This document shows positions 41,213-48,029 of a stretch of DNA of 64,000 bases, in pieces. Below the pieces are notes generated by a model. It saw nothing but the letters and a program-made list of their open reading frames with translations. It had not been told where the DNA came from and did not search any database. The first letter of the stretch is position 1; every line of letters starts with the position of its first letter. Position numbers and translations under genes: made by a program. The DNA is from Lentisphaeria bacterium UBA1732 (GTDB lineage: Bacteria; Verrucomicrobiota; Lentisphaeria; Victivallales; UBA1829), in contig DCIG01000048.1 in assembly GCA_002315855.1 (NCBI GenBank), positions 5,582-69,581 on the forward strand, in the 5' to 3' direction.

Positions 41213-42634
41213 ATGGAGCATAAAGACAGCTTCACAAGCAAAATAGGCTTTGTCCTTGCAGCAGCAGGGTCAGCGGTCGGCCTCGGCAACATCTGGAGAT
41301 TCCCATATCTTGCGGCAAAAAACGGCGGCGCAGCATTTTTGGTAACGTATTTTATTCTGGTGCTTACATTCGGTTACGCACTTCTGATTGCAGAAAACTG
41401 CATCGGACGCATGACAGGCAAAGGTCCGATCGGAGCATTCCGCGAACTCTGCGCCGGGAAGAAGTCATTTCTGGGGTCCGTCAAATTCGGCGGCTGGATT
41501 CATGCAATCGTACCCGTCATCATCGTGGCGTATTACTGTGTCATCGGGGGCTGGGTCACCAAATATACCGTGGCAATGGCAACCAATCCCATCACGACTT
41601 TCTCCAAAGACAATCTGGTTGATGCGGGAGAAGGCAAGGTAACAGCATTCGCCAATACTTACTTTGGGACATTTATTACCTCCACCTGGGAACCGCTGAT
41701 TTACTTTCTGATATTCATGGCCGTTCTGGTGGTAGTGGTATCATTCGGCGTGGAAAAGGGCGTGGAACGCTTCAACAAGATTCTGATGCCGGCATTGATT
41801 ATCATGCTGATTGCCATCTGCATTTACTGCATGTTCCTCCCGAATGTGGGCGACGGCTTCAAATACTATCTGGTTCCGAATTTCAGTAAATTCAGTTTCA
41901 TGACCGTAGTGGATGCGCTGGGACAGCTTTTCTATTCACTGTCCATCGCCATGGGCATCATGATTACCTACGGGTCTTACATGCGCAAGGAAGATGACTT
42001 GGTTTCCTCCGTCAATCAGGTGGAATTTTTCGATACCTTTGTGGCATTCATGGCGGGTCTCATGATTATTCCTCCGGTGGTGGCATTCGGGGGAAGAGAA
42101 GCCGCTCAAACCGCAGGCGTCGGACTGGTATTCAAGACGATGCCGCAGGTATTCGCCAGCTTCCCGGGCGGACGCATTGTGGGGACATTCTTCTTTATTC
42201 TCGTGCTTTTCGCCGCGGCGACCAGTGCAATTTCCCTGCTGGAAACCAATGTGCAGACGGTCTGTCAGGAACTCCATGTGCCAAGAAAGAAATCCATTCT
42301 CGTCTGCATGGCAGAAATCATCATTGTGGGAAGCATCACGGTTTTGGGCTACAGTGTACTTTCTTTCGTACATCCGCTAGCTTTCATTGAACACTGCAAG
42401 AATTACGATATTCTTGATTCACTGGACTTCATCAGCAACAACGTGATGATGCCGATTGCGGCAATTTTCACCGTGATTCTGGTCGTCGGAGTCATCGGAC
42501 TGGACAAATTCTCCGCCGAAATCAAGCAGACATCCGTATGGCGTCGTGAATATATGTTCCAGTTCTGCATGGGGTTGATTGTCATCCCGTGCCTGGTTCT
42601 GGTTCTGCTGGCCTCCATCGGAGTTCTGCAGTAA
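41213..42634 (+). CDS. Sodium-dependent transporter, NSS/SNF family
   Basis: GSAVGLGNIWRFPY...NGG.AF, GQ.FYSLS, TYGSY, 11-12 TM segments. Confidence 0.93.
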   Translation: MEHKDSFTSKIGFVLAAAGSAVGLGNIWRFPYLAAKNGGAAFLVTYFILVLTFGYALLIAENCIGRMTGKGPIGAFRELCAGKKSFLGSVKFGGWIHAIVPVIIVAYYCVIGGWVTKYTVAMATNPITTFSKDNLVDAGEGKVTAFANTYFGTFITSTWEPLIYFLIFMAVLVVVVSFGVEKGVERFNKILMPALIIMLIAICIYCMFLPNVGDGFKYYLVPNFSKFSFMTVVDALGQLFYSLSIAMGIMITYGSYMRKEDDLVSSVNQVEFFDTFVAFMAGLMIIPPVVAFGGREAAQTAGVGLVFKTMPQVFASFPGGRIVGTFFFILVLFAAATSAISLLETNVQTVCQELHVPRKKSILVCMAEIIIVGSITVLGYSVLSFVHPLAFIEHCKNYDILDSLDFISNNVMMPIAAIFTVILVVGVIGLDKFSAEIKQTSVWRREYMFQFCMGLIVIPCLVLVLLASIGVLQ

Positions 42635-42811
42635 TTCAAAGGGAAAGAATCTCTGAAAAGAAGAAGCATTCAGAGAAATATCCCGATAAAATCTGATTCA
42701 AAAACAAAAACTCATAACAAATACAACATCTTGCGGAAGTTGCCCGGAGCAATCCGGCTTTATGAAAGGAAACGACGGCAAGAAGGAAAAGACCAATCGA
42801 AAGGAACAAAA

Positions 42812-43111
42812 ATGACAGACGAAAAAATGAAAGTTCTCACCAAGCGTGATATTGCCAAGCAAGTTGCATCCCGCATGGGCGCCACCTGCGCAGATGCCGC
42901 AGATGCAGTTCAATGCACACTGGATATTATCGCCGAACATCTGATGGCCGGCGGCCGTATTGAACTTCGCGATTTCGGCGTGTTTGAAATCAAAGAACGC
43001 AAGGGCGGCATCGGACGCAATCCGCGTCATCCTGAACAGACTGTGGAAATTCCGCCCCGCAAAGTCATCAAATTCCGCGCGGGCAAGAATCTTTCTGAAA
43101 AACTTGCATAA
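42812..43111 (+). CDS. HU/IHF-family DNA-binding protein
   Basis: LTKRDI, IELRDFGVF, GRNPR.P, KF.AGK.L. Confidence 0.92.
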   Translation: MTDEKMKVLTKRDIAKQVASRMGATCADAADAVQCTLDIIAEHLMAGGRIELRDFGVFEIKERKGGIGRNPRHPEQTVEIPPRKVIKFRAGKNLSEKLA

Positions 43112-43135
43112 GTTTTCCGAAAAGAGGAAAGCGAC

Positions 43136-43170
43136 AAAGGAGATCCGGAATCTGCGGGTCTCCTTTTTTT
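43136..43170 (+). terminator. Intrinsic terminator after the HU gene
   Basis: AAAGGAGATCCG / CGGGTCTCCTTT stem followed by a T-run. Confidence 0.8.
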
Positions 43171-43266
43171 GAAATCAGCGCAGGACGTGCAGGGATGCAG
43201 AAAACAATCTATCCGACGAGATTTTTCCACGAAACCGGGCATACAAAAAAAACTGTACCATTTTAT

Positions 43267-43295
43267 TTGACAAACATCTCAAAATATGCTATATT
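43267..43295 (+). promoter_or_regulatory. Near-consensus sigma70 promoter
   Basis: TTGACA-17-TATATT with an extended TG. Confidence 0.8.
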
Positions 43296-43298
43296 AGA

Positions 43299-43462
43299 GA
43301 GTTGATTTCAGAAGTCCTGCCGTGAGATTTGAAATTCTCTTCGGCATCTGCCAAAAGAGCGTTTTCGGCGGTTACTTTCCCAGTAGCCACCTCAAACTAC
43401 TCCCGCCAACTGCGCGAAGATTCTTATCAAATCTTTCCGCCAATGACTTTTGAAATCAGCTA
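43299..43462. mobile_element. MITE-like palindromic element, full copy 2 (164 bp), inverted relative to copy 1
   Basis: TIRs GAGTTGATTTCAGAAGTC / GACTTTTGAAATCAGCTA, flanked on both sides by TAGA (43295-43298 and 43463-43466). Confidence 0.82.
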
Positions 43463-43489
43463 TAGATAAAACCTGCGGAGAAAACTGAT

Positions 43490-43765
43490 ATGGGAAAAAT
43501 CCTGACATTCACATCATACGCGATTCTGGCAATCGTACTGACAGCCTCGGTAGTTCTTATTCTGCCGGTCTATCGGAAATACGTCAAGACGCGGAGAGAT
43601 GTTACTCTGCTTCAGGAAAATCTGGACAGAGTCAGGATCGAATACACCAATCTGCAGCAGGAAGTCCATGATTTGGAGCATAAGTCCTCTGCGATAGAAA
43701 AAGTTGCGCGCGAAGAGTATCATCTCTGCCGCGAAGGCGAAATCATTTATTTGTACAACCAATGA
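43490..43765 (+). CDS. FtsB/DivIC septum formation initiator family protein
   Basis: TM segment, coiled coil, IEKVAREEY.L.REGEIIY. Confidence 0.82.
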   Translation: MGKILTFTSYAILAIVLTASVVLILPVYRKYVKTRRDVTLLQENLDRVRIEYTNLQQEVHDLEHKSSAIEKVAREEYHLCREGEIIYLYNQ

Positions 43766-44376
43766 AATCCAGTCTTTCTGCTGTTACAGCATCGATTGCC
43801 CCGGCGATTGAACGCTTAAAACGACCGGATGGCGTCCTCCTCGTTCCCACAGAAACAGTTTACGGATTAGTCTGCGATGCGGACTCCGAAACGGCACGGG
43901 CAAAAATCTATGAAATGAAACGCCGCCCGTCTTCCAAACTGCTGACACTTTTCGTAGACAGCACGGACACGATGGCAAAAATGATACCCGATTTACCGGA
44001 AGCAGCACATCTTCTCGCGGCAAAATTCTGTCCCGGACCGCTAACCATGATTGTGCCTGACGGAGAAGGATATACAGGCTTCAGGATTCCGAATCATCCC
44101 TTTCTGCTGGCACTGCTGAAACAATATGCCCGTCCGCTGGCCTCCACCAGCGCCAATCTTTCCGGACAGCCGCCAGCCCATACGACGCAGGAAGCATTAT
44201 CCACGCTTGCCATACCGCCCGATCTCACCATTGACGGAGGAATCATAGATGCGAAGTCAGAGCCATCCACGGTGCTGAAAATCGAAAAAGATTCCAGCTG
44301 GACGATTCTCCGGGCAGGACCGATTACGGAAGAAATGATTCGACAGACACTCCGTCCCCTGAATACGGTGCAGTAA
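43762..44376 (+). CDS. tsaC: Threonylcarbamoyl-AMP synthase
   Basis: PTETVYGL, K.RP..K, PGPLT, STSANLSG, PSTV, LR.G. Confidence 0.92.
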   Translation: MKSSLSAVTASIAPAIERLKRPDGVLLVPTETVYGLVCDADSETARAKIYEMKRRPSSKLLTLFVDSTDTMAKMIPDLPEAAHLLAAKFCPGPLTMIVPDGEGYTGFRIPNHPFLLALLKQYARPLASTSANLSGQPPAHTTQEALSTLAIPPDLTIDGGIIDAKSEPSTVLKIEKDSSWTILRAGPITEEMIRQTLRPLNTVQ

Positions 44377-44635
44377 ATCCGTTTCAGGGGGAATGCAAAT
44401 CATTTTGCGGATTCTGAATCAGATTTTCACATTTGAGCTTTCATTCTGTCAAAAAAGCACTATATTATATTAGAGGGCAGCTCATTGATGAGTTACCCGA
44501 ACTATTTTCGTACCCTGTTTTTCTTGATGAAACAGCTTCATCGCAACGGAAACAGGGAATACCAATGTTTTCCGGGCTGTTTTCACGCAAGGAGAAAAGA
44601 AACGGCTCTCAAGCTCGTTTTTCAAGGAGTCTGCC

Positions 44636-45424
44636 ATGATGGATGATGTCGCATGTCCTGTGCTGTCCAATATCACACTTCAGGATTCGTATCATAAAAT
44701 CATTTTTGATGCCCCGCATATCGCGGCATCAGCAAAGCCGGGACAATTCGTCCATGTCGAAGTGGATGACACAACCGAACATGTTCTGCGCCGGCCGTTC
44801 AGCATCTGTGATGCGGATGCAGAGACAGGACATTTAACGCTGATTTACAAAGTTGTGGGAGAAGGGACAGCGAAACTGGCAAAGAAACCCGCCGGTGAAA
44901 CATGCAGAATTCTAGGACCGCTCGGTACAGCTTACCAGTACAAGGATGATGTATTTCCCGTGATTGCGGCCGGAGGTTTCGGTTCTGTTTCGACCATGTT
45001 TCTTGCAAAAAAAACACCTCGTCCCGGAATTATTTTCATGGGGGCACGTTCCAAACATGATGTTCTTCTGGTTGAAGAATACCGCAAACTCGGCTGGCAG
45101 GTGGAAATTGCGACCGATGACGGTTCCGAAGGATTCCATGGACTCATAACCACACTTTTGCTCAATCACACAAACGATTTCCCCGCTGAAACCAAAATTT
45201 TCGGATGCGGACCTGCCCCCATGCTGTACGCTCTCATCAAAACCGTTGCGCCGCTGAAATTCCCCTGCGATGTGAGCATGGAACAGCACATGGGATGCGG
45301 TGTCGGTGCGTGCTTCGCATGTGTCATCAAAGTAAAAGACCCGACTTCACCGGACGGGTGGCGTTATTCGCGCTCCTGCAAAGAGGGTGTCGTCTATCCT
45401 TCCACGGAGGTGTATTGTGGCTGA
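44636..45424 (+). CDS. pyrK: Dihydroorotate dehydrogenase electron transfer subunit
   Basis: PGQFV, LRRPFS, GPLG, TDDGS.G, CGP..M, MGCGVGACFAC...C.EG. Confidence 0.93.
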   Translation: MMDDVACPVLSNITLQDSYHKIIFDAPHIAASAKPGQFVHVEVDDTTEHVLRRPFSICDADAETGHLTLIYKVVGEGTAKLAKKPAGETCRILGPLGTAYQYKDDVFPVIAAGGFGSVSTMFLAKKTPRPGIIFMGARSKHDVLLVEEYRKLGWQVEIATDDGSEGFHGLITTLLLNHTNDFPAETKIFGCGPAPMLYALIKTVAPLKFPCDVSMEQHMGCGVGACFACVIKVKDPTSPDGWRYSRSCKEGVVYPSTEVYCG

Positions 45425-46343
45425 TTTAACTGTCAAACTCGGCACACTTACGCTGAAGAACCCGGTCATGACAGCATCGGGGACATTCGGCTACGGTGCA
45501 GAATATGAAGATTTCTTCCCCGTTTCCGCACTGGGAGCACTGGTTGTAAAAGGGATTGCGCCATGGGCATCTCACGGGAATGCCACACCGCGCATTGCAG
45601 AAGTCAAGGGCGGAATGCTGAATGCAATCGGACTGCAAGGCCCCGGAGTGGAAGCATTTCTCACAGGAGAACACTATCTGCCGCACCTGAAACAGACGGG
45701 AGCAACGGTCATTGTCAATATCTGGGGAAAATCGCCCGCAGATTATGCACTGGTCGCAGAACGTCTGGAAACAGAGCGGGAAGCAATCGCGGCAATTGAA
45801 ATCAATGTATCCTGTCCCAATGTAAAAGAAGGCGGTCTTTCATTCGGAACGGATCCCAAATCCATGGCATCCGTGGTATCAGCAGTACGGGCCAAAACGA
45901 CGATTCCGATTATCACCAAGCTCAGCCCGAATGTTTCCCGCATTGCAGATTTCGCCATTGCGGCACAGGATGCAGGCTCCGATATGATTTCACTCATCAA
46001 TACCATTCCGGCAATGGCAATCGATGTGAATACATGGCGTCCAAAACTCGCCAATATCACAGGAGGACTCAGCGGACCGGCAGTCAAGCCAGTGGCAATC
46101 AAACTGGTTTACGAGGCCGCAAAAGCGGTGTCCATCCCCGTTATCGGCATGGGAGGCATCATGAGCGGACTGGATGCAGTGGAATTTCTGCTGGCAGGCG
46201 CAAGTGCGGTTGCGGCAGGCACTGCAACATTCGGGAATCCGCGTGCACCGCTTGAGGTCATTGAGGGAATCAACCGCTACTTGGATGAACGCGGAATCAA
46301 AAGTGTTCAGGAGATTATCGGACAAGTCAAAATCGGGAAATAA
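45417..46343 (+). CDS. pyrD: Dihydroorotate dehydrogenase class 1B catalytic subunit
   Basis: ASGTFG, NAIGLQ.PG, N.SCPNV, KLSPN, INT, GGLSGP, GMGGI. GTG start behind GGAGG. Confidence 0.95.
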   Translation: MADLTVKLGTLTLKNPVMTASGTFGYGAEYEDFFPVSALGALVVKGIAPWASHGNATPRIAEVKGGMLNAIGLQGPGVEAFLTGEHYLPHLKQTGATVIVNIWGKSPADYALVAERLETEREAIAAIEINVSCPNVKEGGLSFGTDPKSMASVVSAVRAKTTIPIITKLSPNVSRIADFAIAAQDAGSDMISLINTIPAMAIDVNTWRPKLANITGGLSGPAVKPVAIKLVYEAAKAVSIPVIGMGGIMSGLDAVEFLLAGASAVAAGTATFGNPRAPLEVIEGINRYLDERGIKSVQEIIGQVKIGK

Positions 46344-46386
46344 CGATTGATTTTCTGAAAGCAAGCTGATTCAGGTTTCACCTGAA

Positions 46387-46460
46387 AAAAGCGGGTATCT
46401 TTTTCTTCATGACAGAAGAGCTGATTGAAATCAGCTCAGAAGATGAAAGATACCCGTTTT
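46387..46460. terminator. Bidirectional terminator-like hairpin carrying a collapsed MITE in its loop
   Basis: AAAAGCGGGTATCTTT / AAAGATACCCGTTTT stem with inner GAGCTGATTGAAATCAGCTC. Confidence 0.7.
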
Positions 46461-46491
46461 CAATTTGAGGAAAGGACTTTTTGAAAAAAAT

Positions 46492-46719
46492 TCAGAAAAG
46501 GTTCAGTACTCCAAACAAAAAACCAAAGCCAAGCAAAGCAACGACTTCCAAAAACAGGAAGAAACGCCGCAATACAACCCACCCCCGATTATCCGGGATG
46601 TCTTTGGACATTTTGACACGACGGCTTACACCATGGCGACGTTTGAGCCCACCATGAGAACCATAATCCGACGGAGTATAAAATGCCACCCGCGGCAATC
46701 TCTTATCACGCTTTACCAC
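46492..46719 (-). CDS. Possible small basic protein with C-terminal TM helix
   Basis: GTG overlaps the stop of the upstream gene; hydrophobic C-terminus FFLFLEVVALLGFGFLFGVL. Confidence 0.5.
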   Translation of the reverse strand: MVKRDKRLPRVAFYTPSDYGSHGGLKRRHGVSRRVKMSKDIPDNRGWVVLRRFFLFLEVVALLGFGFLFGVLNLF

Positions 46720-47573
46720 CGTATTGCTCCATTAAACGCACAAATAATTGATGCGGCAATCAATAACGAAGAAAGCAGTATGGTTATCAGGAGAGGCAGA
46801 GAAAGTCCCATGCCAATCCGAAGAATCTGACTGAAACGAAGAGAATCCAAATCAAAAGAATTATCAGGCAGCAGCATCCGCTCGCCAATCGAATTATGCT
46901 GTTCGGGGGCATCCGTTTCAATTCCGGCAATCAGGCGAATCGCATTCAGACGCATTTCTTCCAGTTTGCGGCTCTCTTCGCCGACAAGGGACTGTTTATC
47001 CGTATCCTCTTCGCTGAGGGGACAAGATTTCTTCAACTCGGCTTCCAAATCGGCAAGCTGGCGATAAACAGAGGACAAACGGGATAAAGACTGTTCCATT
47101 TTCTGCTGATCACGCTCAATTCCGGCAACCGCTTCCGTTACACGCACCGCCAAATCATGACGCGACATACGGTAATCCGCGATTCTGCGGTTCATGGCTT
47201 CATTCAGCCGGCTTTCCATCAAGCGGGAAGACATTCGGGAGTGATCTTCTGAAATAATTTCTTCCAGATTCTGCGGGACTTCATTGGAAACAGTTTTTTT
47301 CTGCTCCGCCGGCGGCTCCGGTGGGGGAAATTCCACAGCAGGGGCCACAACGGGCTGTTCATGCCGGGATTGGTCCCCGGAAGTGTGTTTCAAAGAAAGA
47401 GACGGAGCAGCCTTTTTCAAGTCAAGAATTTCACCGTCAGATTTTTTCCCGACCTCGGCAAAGTTCTCCGAATGCCCATGCTCCTGCTTATCCCGCATAT
47501 TCACAGAGGCGGGACGATATTCCAAGCGATGAAGATTGTCCATGACAGAATTTTTTTTGTCCATTGAGTTCAT
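46713..47573 (-). CDS. Hypothetical coiled-coil protein with C-terminal membrane anchor
   Basis: Disordered N-terminus, heptad-rich middle, C-terminal TM. Start uncertain. Confidence 0.7.
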   Translation of the reverse strand: MNSMDKKNSVMDNLHRLEYRPASVNMRDKQEHGHSENFAEVGKKSDGEILDLKKAAPSLSLKHTSGDQSRHEQPVVAPAVEFPPPEPPAEQKKTVSNEVPQNLEEIISEDHSRMSSRLMESRLNEAMNRRIADYRMSRHDLAVRVTEAVAGIERDQQKMEQSLSRLSSVYRQLADLEAELKKSCPLSEEDTDKQSLVGEESRKLEEMRLNAIRLIAGIETDAPEQHNSIGERMLLPDNSFDLDSLRFSQILRIGMGLSLPLLITILLSSLLIAASIICAFNGAIRW

Positions 47574-47672
47574 CCACAAATGAGGTTATTCCGAAGAACA
47601 GATTTCAGAAATCAGGTCAAAGAAATGAGGCGAGATTGAGGGGAAAGAGAAAGAAGAAAAAAAGTCTCTTCC

Positions 47673-47744
47673 ATGCTGATTTCAAAAGAAGCAACACCGT
47701 GAAGCATTGAAAAACTTTCTGTCAACAGCTTTTGGAATCAACTA
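47673..47744. mobile_element. Internally deleted MITE copy (~72 bp)
   Basis: GCTGATTTCAAAAG ... CTTTTGGAATCAACT; matches both arms of the full element and lacks the centre. Confidence 0.7.
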
Positions 47745-47747
47745 TCT

Positions 47748-47776
47748 AATATAGTCCCAATTACAGAAAAAGGCAA
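47748..47776 (-). promoter_or_regulatory. sigma70-like promoter
   Basis: TTGCCT-17-TATATT on the minus strand, followed by AGA and then the deleted MITE. Confidence 0.65.
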
Positions 47777-48029
47777 TGGATTTCCTCGAAAAAAATGAAA
47801 AAACAAGTATTTTCTGCTTGTTTTTCTCTTTTTTCAGATTATAGTAAAAGGTACTGTTTTCAAAAAGCGTCCGATGAGTTGTATTTCAAGGCTCTTTTCA
47901 CGCTGTTTTGAATCGGGTTCAAGATGTTTTTCAAATGATGGATTCAGATTCACGTCATCATGAGGGAAACGAACTATCCGATGCTGAAAAGCATTCGTGC
48001 GACGGCAACATCTAACGGAGTATCTGCAT

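Noticed and set aside
43299-43462. 6S RNA (promoter followed by a ~165-nt rod)
   Set aside because: A homologous copy lies in the opposite orientation relative to its promoter, and there are a TSD and deleted/collapsed derivatives, all favouring a MITE. Not fully excluded without an Rfam search.
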